Below, piece by piece: positions 1 through 11,718 of a stretch of 64,000 nucleotides of DNA (the first letter of the stretch is position 1; every line of letters starts with the position of its first letter). The position numbers were made by a program, and so were the translations under genes. The notes beneath the pieces were generated by a model. That model ran no database searches and was not told where the DNA came from. It worked only from the letters and a program-made list of their open reading frames with translations. Where the stretch lies: NCBI GenBank assembly GCA_000004695.1, contig CM000154.2, forward strand, positions 1,312,001-1,376,000, given 5' to 3'. The DNA is from Dictyostelium discoideum. Lineage: Eukaryota.

Positions 1-160
1 TTGCTGCCATCATATAAATATCTGAGAATTCTTTTGATGCTTCTTTATCTTGTCCAAGTTTTTCAATATATTGATTTTCAAAACTAATATCTTTATCATT
101 TATTTCATTTTCATTTATATTAAAATCTTTTTCAATTCTTTTTTTCCAATAATTATTCAT
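1..160 (-). CDS. 5' end (first 53 codons) of an unidentified protein-coding gene running off the window edge
   Basis: Minus-strand ATG at 158-160 opens MNNYWKKRIEKDFNINENEINDKDISFENQYIEKLGQDKEASKEFSDIYMMAA with no stop to position 1. Codon usage is typical for this genome and the upstream flank is AT-rich. Confidence 0.35.
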   Translation of the reverse strand, partial: MNNYWKKRIEKDFNINENEINDKDISFENQYIEKLGQDKEASKEFSDIYMMAA

Positions 161-495
161 TTTATTATTATTTCTTTTGTATATAAATATAAAAAAAAAA
201 AAAAAAACGAAAAGCTAAAAAAAAAAAAAAGTTTTTTGTCCAAAGCCTTTTTTTTTTTTAATAAAAAAATATAAAAATCTGTTTTATTTTTAGATTTGGA
301 AAAAAAGAGAATTTCTAAACACAAATTAATAATTAAATAAATTATTTAATTTTTATTTAAATAAAAATAAAACTATTATTGAGCTCTGAATTATCATAAA
401 AAAAAAAAATTAAAGAAAAATAATAAAAAAAAATTTAAGGAAAAAAATATATATTTTTTTTTTTTTAAAAAGATAGAGTTAAATAAAAAATTTAT

Positions 496-1110
496 TTAGT
501 TGGCAGCAGCGATATCTTTGGCGTATTGAGCAAGAGTACCGTGGTTGGTGATGACTTTAACGTTGGCACCATCGTTCATTAAACGACCGTCAGCTTTTAA
601 TTTTTGGTAAGCTTCACGATTGTAGGCGGTGAAACCCCATTTCTTTGAGACAACGATCTTTTGACGACCTGGGAATTTGTATGAAGATCTACGTAAAGCT
701 TCAACAACGTTGGCTAACATATTATCTCTGGTTCTGATGGAGAAAATGATTTGACCAATATTAACACGAGCAACAGTACCCATTGGTTTACCGAAGGCAC
801 CTCTCATACCGGTTTGAAGTCTATCTGCACCAGCGCATGAAAGCATCTTGTTAATACGTAATACGTGCCATGGGTGAACTCTGACTCTCATGTGGAATGA
901 ATCTTTACCACCAGTCTTTGAGATGTATTTGTTACATGAAATACGACCAGCTTCAATGGCTTCTGATGAAAGTTGTTCTTTTTCGAGGGAGATGAGATGA
1001 ACACATAATGGGAATTCATCAGTTGATGCTTTCTTACGACCTAAATCGAAAATTCTGATTTTAGCATCTGGTACACCACGACAATATCTAGATTTGATGT
1101 ATGGTTTGTT
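496..1110 (-). CDS. rpl10: Ribosomal protein uL16 (RPL10/QM), exon 4 of 4
   Basis: Translation [62 protein letters not shown]...[31 protein letters not shown]... is collinear with eukaryotic RPL10. The acceptor 'tttag' (AG = minus complement of 1111-1112) precedes it and the stop is at 496-498. Confidence 0.85.
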   Translation of the reverse strand, partial: NKPYIKSRYCRGVPDAKIRIFDLGRKKASTDEFPLCVHLISLEKEQLSSEAIEAGRISCNKYISKTGGKDSFHMRVRVHPWHVLRINKMLSCAGADRLQTGMRGAFGKPMGTVARVNIGQIIFSIRTRDNMLANVVEALRRSSYKFPGRQKIVVSKKWGFTAYNREAYQKLKADGRLMNDGANVKVITNHGTLAQYAKDIAAAN

Positions 1111-1177
1111 CTAAAGTGAGAGAGGTTAGTTCTCTTCTACTTTTTTTTAAAAAAAAAATAAAATAAAATTAACTTAC

Positions 1178-1193
1178 TTTGCAATATCTGTAG
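1178..1193 (-). CDS. rpl10: RPL10 micro-exon 3 of 4 (16 nt, C-YRYCK)
   Basis: Reverse complement CTACAGATATTGCAAA is flanked by acceptor 'aaaatag' and donor GTAAGT. It joins exon 4 to give ...RYCK|NKPY, as in human MGRRPARCYRYCKNKPY. Confidence 0.6.
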
Positions 1194-1401
1194 CTATTTT
1201 TTCCAATTGGTTTATAATTTTTTTTTTATAAAGTTGAAATTTTAGTTAGTATCTATATTCATCATAATCCTTTATCTGTATAATAAGTCCAATATAAATA
1301 TATCCTCATTCTTCAATCAATCCAATATCATCATAAATAATCTATAATCAATCCTATCAATCTTTATTTCTCAATCCCATATCTAACCTATTGATAATTA
1401 C

Positions 1402-1414
1402 CATCTAGCTGGAC
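1402..1414 (-). CDS. rpl10: RPL10 micro-exon 2 of 4 (13 nt)
   Basis: Reverse complement GTCCAGCTAGATG lies between acceptor 'tttag' and donor GTAATT. It supplies ...R-P-A-R-C in phase with exons 1 and 3. Confidence 0.5.
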
Positions 1415-1518
1415 CTAAATATTTTTAAAAAATAATGTTAGTTTATTTTATTTTTTTTTATTTTTTATTTTTTTTTTTAATTAATTTTTTATGTGATATG
1501 TGATATAGTGACACATAC

Positions 1519-1528
1519 GACGACCCAT
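1519..1528 (-). CDS. rpl10: RPL10 exon 1 of 4 (ATGGGTCGTC, then donor GTATGT)
   Basis: Reverse complement of 1519-1528 is ATGGGTCGTC, followed by GTATGT. Joining the four exons gives MGRRPARCYRYCKNKPY..., and the total CDS of 654 nt (217 aa) matches RPL10 length. Confidence 0.5.
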
Positions 1529-1620
1529 TTTTTATATTTTGGTATGACTAAAACTAAGAGTGAAGAAATAAAATTTTAATGTGAAAAAAAAAACGACAAG
1601 GTTTGGGAAAAATTTTCAAA

Positions 1621-1629
1621 AAATTTTTG

Positions 1630-1665
<36 letters not shown>

Positions 1666-1676
1666 ATTGAATGTAA
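1621..1676. promoter_or_regulatory. Oligo(dT) tract of about 40 nt in the divergent intergenic region between rpl10 (-) and hsp10 (+)
   Basis: Long homopolymeric T/A tracts are typical of promoter regions in this genome. Positional inference only. Confidence 0.25.
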
Positions 1677-2367
1677 AAAAAAAGTTTGTTACAAATTTTT
1701 GGACTTAAATATTTTTTTAATTTTCATTTTTATTTTTTTTTTCTCAATAAAAGAATAAAAGAATAAAATTAAAGAACACCCTTCATGAAGTGTTGGTTAA
1801 TAATAATTATGTTTTTTTTATTTATTACTTTATTTTTTTTCATTTTTTTTTTTTTTTTTTTGTTTATTAATTATTATTATTTTTATTATTTTTTTTTTTT
1901 TTTATTAATTATTATTATCATTATTATTTTTTTTTGTTTTTTTTTTTTTTTTGGGGATCCTATTCTATTATTTTTATAATTTTTTTACTATTTTATTTTT
2001 TTATTTTTTCATTTTTTCATTTTATAATTTTTATTGTTTTATTTTTTTTATTTTTTTTTTATTATTGTTTAATTTTTTTTATTATTGTCATTATTATTAT
2101 ATTTTCATTATTTTTTTTTTTTTTTTTTTTTTATTATTTTATATTTTTATTATTTGTCCCCATTTCATATTTAGAAAATGGATAAAATTCTTATATATGA
2201 ACTGTTGAAAATGAGCACTCAAATTTTTTTTTTTTTTAAAAAAAATAGTTCCCAATTTAGAAACATTTTCTTTTTTATTTTTTTTTTTTTTTCAATTCCC
2301 AAAGCCAACAAATAAATTTTAATTAAATTTTAATTTTTTCAATTTTTCAATTTTTTTTTTAAATTTT

Positions 2368-2423
<56 letters not shown>

Positions 2424-2542
2424 GGTTCAACGCAACATCATTTTCACCAAATCACTTTACTCGTTTATTTATTTTAAAATTTGGTTTTATCAGTTTATAG
2501 ATTTAAAAAATTAAAAATTTTTTTTAAAAAAAAAATATAGAT

Positions 2543-2548
2543 ATGTCT
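2543..2548 (+). CDS. hspE: Chaperonin 10 (Hsp10/GroES homolog), exon 1 (ATG TCT, then GTAGGT intron)
   Basis: ATG TCT is immediately followed by donor GTAGGT. A 167-nt AT-rich intron ends at 'ttgtag' at 2715. Confidence 0.55.
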
Positions 2549-2715
2549 GTAGGTATTATTTTTTATTTTTTTTTATTCAATTTTTTTTTTTTTTAATTTT
2601 TCCAACAATAATATTTTATAAAGTAACGTTTTTATTGTTTATTTTTTTTTATTATTTTTTTTTTTTTTTTATGTATACTAACAAAAACAAATTATAATTC
2701 TTCATCTAATTGTAG

Positions 2716-3018
2716 GGTGTTAAAAAATTTATTCCATTATTAGATCGTATATTAGTTGAAAAGATTTCAAATCAAGCAACTAAAACTTCAGGTGGTATTT
2801 TCATTCCAACCAACAAAGATGCACCAACAAACAATGCTAAAGTAATTGCAGTAGGTACAGGTTCAGTTAAATTAGATGGTTCATTTATTGATCCAATCGT
2901 AAAAGAAGGTGATATTGTTTTAATTAATCCAAAAGCAAGATCAAATACTGTTCCATGGGGTGATAAAACTTATCACTTACTCAGTGAAAATGATATTTTA
3001 GGTATAATTGAAAATTAA
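2716..3018 (+). CDS. hspE: Chaperonin 10 (Hsp10), exon 2
   Basis: Encodes [100 protein letters not shown], with full-length similarity to GroES/HSPE1 (about 102 aa). Confidence 0.85.
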
Positions 3019-3342
3019 ATAAAAGAACAATAATAATAAAATAAATAAATATATATATATAAAGAAAAAAATTAAAAAAAATAAAAAATAAAAAAAAAAA
3101 AATAATAAAATATTAAGTTATTATTATTATTATTATTATAATAATTATTATAATTATTATCACTATTTCTATTCTTTTATTTATTTTTTTATTATCACTA
3201 AATTTTTAATTAACCATTTAAGGTTTCCTTTTTTTTTTTTTTTTAGTTATTTAAAAATATTATGAGGTAAACTAAGAAAGAAACTTTTTTTAAACATTTT
3301 TTGACTTTAAAATATATTTTTTTATTTTTTATTTTTTTATTT

Positions 3343-3489
3343 TTAAACAATAGGTCTGGTTGCAGCCTCTAATACTAGTGATATATTATCACCTTTTAAT
3401 AAAATTTGACCTAATGGTTTCTTTGTTTTCTTTTTAATTGATAATTCTGATGCATTATCTAAAACTAAATTCATATATTCATCAAGACC
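3343..3489 (-). CDS. snrpE: Small nuclear ribonucleoprotein E (SmE), exon 3 of 3
   Basis: [48 protein letters not shown] matches the human SNRPE C-terminal half ([39 protein letters not shown]). Confidence 0.8.
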   Translation of the reverse strand, partial: GLDEYMNLVLDNASELSIKKKTKKPLGQILLKGDNISLVLEAATRPIV

Positions 3490-3566
3490 CTAAAAATATA
3501 AAAATATAATAAAAGTTAGTAAAAGAATAATTTTTTTTTATTTTTTATATTCATATATAAACATAC

Positions 3567-3656
3567 AATGATTACACCTTGAATTCTAATATCTGTATTT
3601 TCAAAAAGCATAATTTGTACTTCTGTTTTTTGGGTTAAAAATTTAAAAATTAATGT
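3567..3656 (-). CDS. snrpE: SmE exon 2 of 3
   Basis: TLNFKFLTQKTEVQIMLFENTDIRIQGVII aligns residue-for-residue with the human SmE Sm1 motif [30 protein letters not shown]. Acceptor 'tttag' has a yeast-like CACTAAC branch-point 15 nt upstream, and the donor is GTATGT. Confidence 0.75.
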
Positions 3657-3741
3657 CTAAATTTAGAAATAAGGTTAGTGGTGAATTGAAAGGTTTTTTT
3701 TGGATGAAAATATTAGCTTTGAAAAAAAAAAAAAAACTTAC

Positions 3742-3783
3742 GATTGGTTTAATCATAACAGATTTTGCATGATGTCTACTCAT
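3742..3783 (-). CDS. snrpE: SmE exon 1 of 3 (MSRHHAKSVMIKPI)
   Basis: ATG (reverse complement of 3781-3783) is followed by donor GTAAGT and an 85-nt intron containing T15. The three exons total 92 aa, equal to human SmE. Confidence 0.7.
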
Positions 3784-5087
3784 TTTTTATTATATATATA
3801 TTTATTTTATAATTTACAACTATACAAAGGAATTTTATTGGTTTTTTATTGAATATATTTGATGTGTTGGGTTTTATTGATGTTTTCTGGTCTTGAATAT
3901 TGATTAAATCTTTTAAAAAACAGATCTATAACCAAAAAAAAAAAAAAAAAATTGTTGTTATTTATATATTCGTGAAAATTTAACAATCATCATTTTTTTT
4001 TTTTTTAAAATTTTTTATTTTTCATTTTTCATTTTTTTTTTTTTTTTTTTATTTTTTTTTTTTTTTTTTTTTTTGGTCAATTGGAAATCAAATTAAAAAA
4101 AAAAAAAATAAAACAATATTGTTTATTATCTAAAAAAGGTGATTAAAAAAAAAAAAAAAAAAGAAAATCATTGGATTATTTATTAAATTTTAATCAAAAA
4201 TTTTATTTTTAGGATTTAGATATATACCATTCATTTTTTGTAATTGTTTTTTTATTTTGGAGAATGGGAATAAAATTTATATAAAAAAAAAAGATAAAAA
4301 AAAAAGATAAAAAAAAATTTGATTATTTGATTGAATTGGTTTATAAATTTTTTTTATAAAACTAAAAAAAAAAATAATATTCATAAATTTCTTAATTTCA
4401 TTTATTTATTTTATTTTTTTAAAAAATAATAAGTGAGTTTTTTTTTTGATCAAAAAAAATAAATGAAAAATATTTAAATATTTGGATTATTTTATTATTT
4501 CAAGTTTGACATTTTAAAAAAAAAAAAAAAAACACCAATTCAATCAAAATCAAATTTTTTTTTTGGTTTCTTTTTAAAATCTATTTTTTGAATAAAATAA
4601 ATTCCCCCTTGTTCCTCAAAACAAAAAAATTAATTACAAAAATATGGATGATAAATAATTAAATTCAAAAAAAAATAAAATTTTTGATTAAATATTACTT
4701 TTTTTTTTTTTTTTCAATCCCCAAATCTTAATCTGTTTTTATCAATAACCCTTTTTTCACAAAATATAAAAATATCTTAACCCCCATGCCTGGAATTTTT
4801 TTTTTTTTACAATTATCACCCCCAAACAGTTTATTATATTTAATTTTATTATTATTTTTATTATTATTATTATTTCCATTAACCCCACCAAACCTTTTAT
4901 TATTATTATTATTATTTTAAACCGTTTTTTTTTTTTGAACTGTTAAAAAAATTCAATTATATTTATTTTTTTTTTTTTTTTTTATTAATATTTTTTTTTT
5001 ATTTTTTTTTTTTTTTTTTATTTTGGAAGTATAAATAAAATTATTTTTAATAATAATTTCCTTAGTTTTTAAATAATAATATAAAAA

Positions 5088-5259
5088 ATGAATAAATTTT
5101 ATTCATTACCATTAATTATTATTTTAATAATTTCGTGTGGTGCTTTTTTTATCCACGGAGAAGAGGCATATTTTGAATATAGGATTCATAATGAAAAATT
5201 TATTTTCAAACTTAGTGATGATATTAAAATTCAACATGCAAGAAGAGTATTATCTGGTG
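5088..5259 (+). CDS. Secreted tandem-repeat protein, exon 1 (signal peptide [24 protein letters not shown]...)
   Basis: ATG at 5088 (track ORF) opens a hydrophobic N-terminal signal peptide. Donor GTATGT at 5260 leaves phase 1. Confidence 0.55.
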
Positions 5260-5567
5260 GTATGTATTTACAAATAAAAAAATAAATAAATAACTTAAAA
5301 AATAAACAAATAATTAATTAATTATATAATCGAATTAATAAATTAATAAATAAATGAAAAAATAAATAAACAATTAAATAAATAAAAAAATAAAAGAATG
5401 AATTGATTGACAACATTATACTAATTTTTTTTTTTTATAAATTCTTATAGATGAAATAAGTTTGTAAGTTGATAATAGTTATTTTATTATTATTTATTTA
5501 AATATCTTCTTAATATTAATATTTACTATAACCCAATAATTATAAAAAAATAGAACAAACGTTGTAG

Positions 5568-5659
5568 GTAAAATTATTAACAAACCAATAGAATATAATA
5601 TTAATTGGGATTTTCATCTTGACCCAGACTCAGTTACTTTTTTTGAATCTGAAACAGAG
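5568..5659 (+). CDS. Secreted tandem-repeat protein, exon 2
   Basis: Acceptor 'ttgtag' at 5567 and [31 protein letters not shown] in phase with exon 1. Donor is GTAAAT at 5660. Confidence 0.5.
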
Positions 5660-5795
5660 GTAAATTTATATTTAATAATATTTTTATTTTATTTATTTAT
5701 TTTTTAAAAAATATTTAACAAAGTCAATTAACATGTAAATTAAAAATATTTAAAAAAAAAAAAAAAAAAAATAGTTTTGTAACCAAAAATTCCAG

Positions 5796-7928
5796 TATGT
5801 AAATGGATATATTGATAAACTTTGTGAAAGTGATAATTGTTATTTTTGCCCATGGGATGGTTCACTTGTTAGGGAATTATATTTTGGAGATATTAAACAA
5901 GATCTATTACTTCGTAATAATGAAAATCAACAAGTAAAACAAGTATATGAAGGTGATATTAAACAAGATTTAATTCGTCGTAAAAATAAAATTCATCCAG
6001 AAAAACAAATGCATGAAGAGGATATTAAACAACAAGTTTTTTTCCGTATCAAAAATATTCATGAAAAACCAGTTTATGAAGGTGATATCAAACAAGATTT
6101 ATTACGTCGTAAAAATAAAAATAATCCAGAGAAACAAGTATATGAAGGTGATATTAAACAAGATTTATTACGTCGTAAATATTATGATAAATCTCAATCA
6201 ACCCAAGTATATCAAGGTGATGTGATTCAAGATATATTACGTTCAATAAATCGTCAAGAAAAAGAAATTTATGAAGGTGATATCAAACAAGATTTATTAC
6301 GTCGTAATAATCAAAATAATCAAGAAAAACAAGTTTATGAAAGTGATATCAAACAAGATATTTTACGTCGTAAATATTATGAAAAATCCCAATCAACCCA
6401 AGTATATCAAGGTGATATGACTCAAGATATATTACGTTCATTAAATCGTCAAGAAAAAGGAGTTTATGAAGGTGATATCAAACAAGATTTATTACGTCGT
6501 AAGTATTATGATAAATCTCAATCAAACCAAGTATATCAAGGTGATGTGATTCAAGATATTTTACGTTCTATAAATCGTGATAAAAAACCAGTTTATGAAG
6601 GTGATATCAAACAAGATTTGTTGCTTCGTAATAATCAAAATCCACAAGAGAAATCAATATATGAAGGTGATATCAAACAAGATATATTACGTCGTAAAAA
6701 TCTTGATAAATCTCAATCAATACAATTTTATCCAGGTGATATTATTCAAGATATTTTACGTGTTTTAAATCGTGAGGAAAAAGAAGTTTATGATGGTGAT
6801 ATTAAACAAGACTTATTATCTCGTAAAAATCTTGCCAAATATCAATCAACAGAAGTATATCCAGGTGATGTCATTCAAGATGTTTTACGTGTATTAAATC
6901 ATGATGAAAAAGAAGTTTATGAAGTTGATATCAAACAAGACTTGTTACGTCGTAATAATAAAAATCCACAAGAGAAACCAGTATATGAAGGTGATATTAA
7001 ACAAGATATTTTACGTCGTAATAATCTTGATAAATCTCAACCAAAACAAGTATATCCAGGTGATACTATTCAAGATATTTTACGTATTATTAATCGTGAT
7101 GAGAAAGTTTACGAAGGTGATATTAAACAAGACTTATCAGGTCGTAAAAATCATCAAGAGAAAACTGTTTATGAAGGTGATATCAAACAAGACTTATTAC
7201 GTCGTAAAAATCTTGATAAACCTGATTCAAAACAAGTATATCCAGGTGATGTTATTCAAGATATTTTACGTGTTATTAATCGTGATGAAAAAGAAGTTTA
7301 TGAAGGTGATATTAAACAAGACTTATTACATCGTAATAACAAAAATCGTCAAGAGAAACCAGTATATGAAGGTGACATTAAACAAGATTTATTACGTCGT
7401 AATAACAAAAATCATCAAGAAGAACAAGTATATCAAGGTGATATTATTCAAGATATTTTACGTGTTTTAAATCATGAAGAGAAAGAAGTTTACGAAGGTG
7501 ATATTAAACAAAATTTGTTGCGTCGAAAAAATCATGATCATCCAGAAAAAGAAATTTATGAAGGTGATATTAAACAAGATTTATTACGTCGTAATAACAA
7601 AAACCATCAAGAGAAACTTGTTTATGAAGGTGACATTAAACAAGATTTATTACGTCGTAATAACAAAAATCATAAAGAAGAACAAGTATATCAAGGTGAT
7701 ATTATTCAAGATATTTTACGTGTTTTAAATCATGGAGAAAAAGAAGTAAATGAGGATGAAATTGAAAAAGATTTGATGCAACGTAAAAATCACCATCAAG
7801 AAGAAGAGGCTTCTGAAGACTTGGAAGAAGAAATTGGAAAACTTTGGAATAAACAAAGTCAAGCATTTGTTGAACAACATCCAAACCAACACAACAATCA
7901 AAAAACAATTCACTTGTCAAGACAATAA
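5796..7928 (+). CDS. Secreted tandem-repeat protein, exon 3: Cys-rich motif ([13 protein letters not shown]), then about 25 tandem 20-23-aa units (V)[12 protein letters not shown](K/N)N...EKQ
   Basis: Acceptor 'tccag' at 5795. The frame is continuous with track ORF 6009..7928 (ATG 6009 is in frame, 213 nt downstream). A super-repeat of about 65 aa (195 nt) recurs about 10 times, with a dibasic RR in every unit. Confidence 0.75.
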
Positions 7929-8045
7929 ATTTACTATCAATAAAAATAATTATTATGTTTATTTTATTTTATTTTTTTTTTTTATTATTATTATTTATTA
8001 GTAAAAAAAAAAAAATAATAATAATTGAAGAATTTTTAATTTATT

Positions 8046-9113
8046 TTATTTAAATTCTTTAACTAATTGTTTGAATTCAGAGATTAAGTCATTAACAGTT
8101 AAAGAACCTCTAACGACATTATCACGAGTACGAACATTGACGGTGTTACCATTAATTTCTTCTTGACCAACGACCAAGATGTAATTGTATTGAGCAAGTT
8201 GAGCTTCACGAACTTTTTTAGAGATAGTTTTATCGGAATCATCGATATCACAATAGAAACCAGCATCAGAGATTTCTTTACAAACCTTTTGACCGTATTC
8301 ATTGTGAGTTTTATTGACAGTGACGACGATAGCTTGACGTGGTGAGACCCATAATGGCCATTTACCACCGGTATGTTCGATTAAAATTGCCATCATTCTT
8401 TCGACGGAACCCAAGATAGCACGATGAATGATAACTGGTCTCTTTTTGAGTTCGGCAGCATCATCAGATTGATACTCTAAATCGAAACGAATTGGTAATT
8501 GGAAATCTAATTGAATGGTGGCACATTGATGACTTCTCTTGAGACAATCGGTGATGTGAATATCAATCTTTGGACCATAGAAAGCACCATCTTTTGGATT
8601 TAATTTCCATGGTTTACCAAATTTATTGAGGGCTTTCTCGAGGGAGGCTTCAGCAATATCCCATTGAGCGATTTCACCAAGGAAATTGTCTGGACGAGTT
8701 GAAAGTTCTAAACCAAATTCGAAACCAAAAATACCATAAACATATTGCATGAAACCTAAACAACTATTGATTTCATCTTCAATCATTTCGGTGGTACAAA
8801 AGATGTGAGCATCATCTTGTTGGAATTTACGTACACGAGTTAAACCAGTCAATGCACCTGCTAATTCATTACGATGTAAAACACCAAAATCTGCAAAACG
8901 TAATGGTAATTCACGATATGATCTTTGACGTGATCCAAACATTAAACAATGACCTGGACAATTCATTGGTTTCAATGAGAAATTGTCTTTATCAACTGGT
9001 AATACAAACATATTTTCGGAATACTTTTGCCAATGTCCTGATTGTTCCCAAAGTTTTTGTGAGAAAATTGATGGTGAAATAACTTCAGTAAATCCTCTTC
9101 TATGATATTCTTC
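8046..9113 (-). CDS. thrS: Threonyl-tRNA synthetase, exon 4 of 4 (class II catalytic core plus anticodon-binding domain)
   Basis: [106 protein letters not shown]... contains ThrRS motifs. Acceptor AG is the complement of 9114-9115, and the exon is in frame with track ORF 8046..9011. Confidence 0.85.
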   Translation of the reverse strand, partial: EEYHRRGFTEVISPSIFSQKLWEQSGHWQKYSENMFVLPVDKDNFSLKPMNCPGHCLMFGSRQRSYRELPLRFADFGVLHRNELAGALTGLTRVRKFQQDDAHIFCTTEMIEDEINSCLGFMQYVYGIFGFEFGLELSTRPDNFLGEIAQWDIAEASLEKALNKFGKPWKLNPKDGAFYGPKIDIHITDCLKRSHQCATIQLDFQLPIRFDLEYQSDDAAELKKRPVIIHRAILGSVERMMAILIEHTGGKWPLWVSPRQAIVVTVNKTHNEYGQKVCKEISDAGFYCDIDDSDKTISKKVREAQLAQYNYILVVGQEEINGNTVNVRTRDNVVRGSLTVNDLISEFKQLVKEFK

Positions 9114-9143
9114 CTTTATTTTTTTTTTTTTTAAGAAAAAAAA

Positions 9144-9183
<40 letters not shown>

Positions 9184-9227
9184 ATATTATTTTAGATGAT
9201 AATAATTATTATTTTTAAATTACTTAC

Positions 9228-9735
9228 TCTAATAAATTCAACTAATTTATTATAAATTCTAGTGCCATGTGGTAAAAAGAAAGCACTACCTGGTGAATAT
9301 GGATGGAAAAAGAAGAGTTCTTGAGCTTTACCAACATTTCTATGATCACGGAGAGCAGCTTCTCTCATGAAATTTTCATATTCTTCCATTTGTTTTTTAT
9401 CTGGGAAAGAGATACCATAGACTCTTTGTAAATCATCATTTTCAGCTTTACCTAACCAATAAGCGCTTGAATTCTTGGTAACAGCAAATGATTTAATATA
9501 ACTAGTATTTGGTACATGTGGACCTCTACATAAATCAACTAAAGTACCACAACGATATAATGATACAGTATCCTCTTGTGGAATCTTTGAAATGATTTCA
9601 GTCTTGTATTTGTTAAATTTAAACATAGTTAATGCAATATCTCTTGGTACTGCTAATCTTTCAAATGGTTGTTTCTCTTGAACAATCTTTTGTGCTACTT
9701 CATTAATTAATTTATAATCTTCTGCTGATACAATC
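9228..9735 (-). CDS. thrS: Threonyl-tRNA synthetase, exon 3 of 4
   Basis: [95 protein letters not shown]...KLVEFIR. Donor GTAAGT is at 9222-9227 and acceptor 'ttattatag' at 9736-9737. Confidence 0.8.
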
Positions 9736-9846
9736 CTATAATAAATAAATAAATAAATAATTAATAAAATGATTTTGAATGATTTGATCAAATTGACAAT
9801 ATTGTTGTTTCATTTGGTATTATTGAAATTAATTTTGAATATTTAC

Positions 9847-10195
9847 TTATCACCCATAGCCATATCATAATAAAAACCTTCAGAAGTGGCTGGACCAATA
9901 CATAATTGACCACCATAAATTCTTTCCATAGCTTGACCTAAAATATGAGCAGATGAATGCCAAAAAGTTTTTTTACCTTCTTCAGAATCAAATTTACATA
10001 ATTGTAAATTACAATCAGCTTCGAGTGGTCTAGAGATATCCCAAATTTGTTCACCATTAACTTTTGATGAAACAATTGAATCAGCAAGACCTCTTGAAAT
10101 ACCCTTTGCAATATCATATGGGGTGGTTTTATTTTTAATACCTGCTACAACTTTACCATCTGGTAAAGTAACATTAATTGGTTCTTCTTTCATAT
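9847..10195 (-). CDS. thrS: Threonyl-tRNA synthetase, exon 2 of 4 (TGS domain)
   Basis: [117 protein letters not shown]. Donor is GTAAAT and the exon ends in phase 2. Confidence 0.8.
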
Positions 10196-10362
10196 CTATT
10201 TAAATTTTAAAAAAAAAAAAAAATATATATAAAAAAAAAAATAAAATAAAATAAAAAGATATTAATAAAATATTATAACCTAAAAATAGTTTTTTTTTTT
10301 TTTATTTTTTTTTTTTTTTTTTTTATTTTTTTTTATTTTTATTTATTTATTATTATTATTAC

Positions 10363-10570
10363 CTTTAAGTGATTCTAAGTGTTTTGCTTTTAAACTTTCC
10401 CAAATTTCAATTCTTTCTTTGACGTAATCTGGAGTTTGGAGAGTTTCCATGACACCAACTTTCTTTACAGCTGGTTTCTTTTCTTTCTTTTCAGCAGCTG
10501 GTTTCTTTTCAGCAACTGGTTTAACTTCAGTTGGAGTTTCAACTGGTTTATTTTCTTGTGAATCTGACAT
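10363..10570 (-). CDS. thrS: Threonyl-tRNA synthetase, exon 1 of 4 (Lys/Glu-rich N-terminal extension)
   Basis: MSDSQENKPVETPTEVKPVAEKKPAAEKKEKKPAVKKVGVMETLQTPDYVKERIEIWESLKAKHLESLK, then donor GTAATA. All four exons are phase-consistent, giving 2133 nt and about 710 aa. Confidence 0.8.
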
Positions 10571-11199
10571 TTTATTAATTTTATATATAAATAAATTGAT
10601 TAATACAAATTAAAAAAAATAATAAAAATAAAAAACTATGAAAAAAAATTTTAAAAATTGGGCTTGATATCGAAAAAAAAAAAATAAAAAAATAAAAAAA
10701 AATAAAAAAAAAAATTAATTTATATAAAAAAAAAAAAAAAAAATAACGACCGCCACAAAAAAAAAAGAAGTTCATTTTAATAAATTTCTCAAAAAATTTG
10801 GTATAAAATTTATTTTGGCAATAACCTTATTGATTAGTTTTGTTTAGACACAAATCAAAAATAGGTAAAATAAAAAAATAAAATATAATATAAAAGAAAA
10901 TTAATAGAATAACCCCCACCCCCAACGATAATAAAAAAACAAGAAAAAAAAAAAAATCATGTAATTAAAATAATGAAAATTTAAATAAAGATATTTTAAA
11001 ATAAATGCTATTACTATATTATTTATTTATTTATTTTTTACAATTTTTTTATACTTGATTCTTAATAATTTCTCTTTGAAAATATACATATTTTATATAA
11101 ACCAAAGATATTTTTATTTTATTTTTATTTTCATCTTTTTTTTATTTTTTTTATTTTTTTTATTTTTATTATTATTACTATTTTAGTTTTTTTTTAATA

Positions 11200-11657
11200 T
11201 TAATAGAAATTATCAAGAAAATCATCAGTTTCTTGTGAGGCATGAGTAATGATTATGGTATTTGAAAATTTCAAATTATTGAGATTATTATTTTGGATGA
11301 ATTGATTCGCCATAAAATTTCCAATTTCTTTTTTAATTTCCAAACTATTTTCATCTTCATTGATGTATAACAATTTTTGATCACAATTATTATTATTGTT
11401 GATGTTATTAATTTCATTATTACTGTTATTAAAGTTGTTTTCATTATTTTTAATAAAACTATTATAAAATTGAGTATAATTTATATCTTTTCCAATCCAA
11501 ACATATAAAATCCTATCATATTTTGAAATTAAAATAAATAAACCATCATCAGCTAAATCTTCACAATCAAATACATCATATTCTTCCCATGAATTTTCTT
11601 CTTTTATGAAACGGTATAGATATGCTCTACCATTACCATTTCCATTACTATTATTAA

Positions 11658-11718
<61 letters not shown>

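Noticed and set aside
2425-2460. A tRNA-like 'gggttcaacgc' motif
   Set aside because: There is no acceptor stem, no anticodon arm and no T-loop consensus (GGTTCGAnTCC) when folded. It sits right after a T70 run and is probably a promoter element.
3657-3741. In-frame read-through of the SmE intron 1 (NIFIQKK...)
   Set aside because: It requires translating a T15 run as poly-Phe. The spliced model exon 1 | exon 2 ('tttag|ACATTA') reproduces the human SmE Sm1 motif exactly, with correct phase and length (92 aa).
6013-7728. Four plus-strand ORFs (6013..6225, 6577..6768, 6901..7470, 7474..7728) nested inside the repeat-protein gene
   Set aside because: They are alternative-frame readings of the same tandem DNA repeat ([12 protein letters not shown]...). 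They are periodic only because the DNA is periodic, and the main frame is the one with the signal peptide and conserved unit structure.
5796-7928. A CRISPR-like reading of the regularly spaced about 60-nt repeats
   Set aside because: This is a eukaryotic genome. The repeats are in-frame coding units with codon-level variation, there are no invariant direct repeats with unique spacers, and there are no cas genes.
8099-9082. Small ORFs on both strands inside the thrS exon 4 region
   Set aside because: They are shadow ORFs within a strongly conserved ThrRS coding exon.
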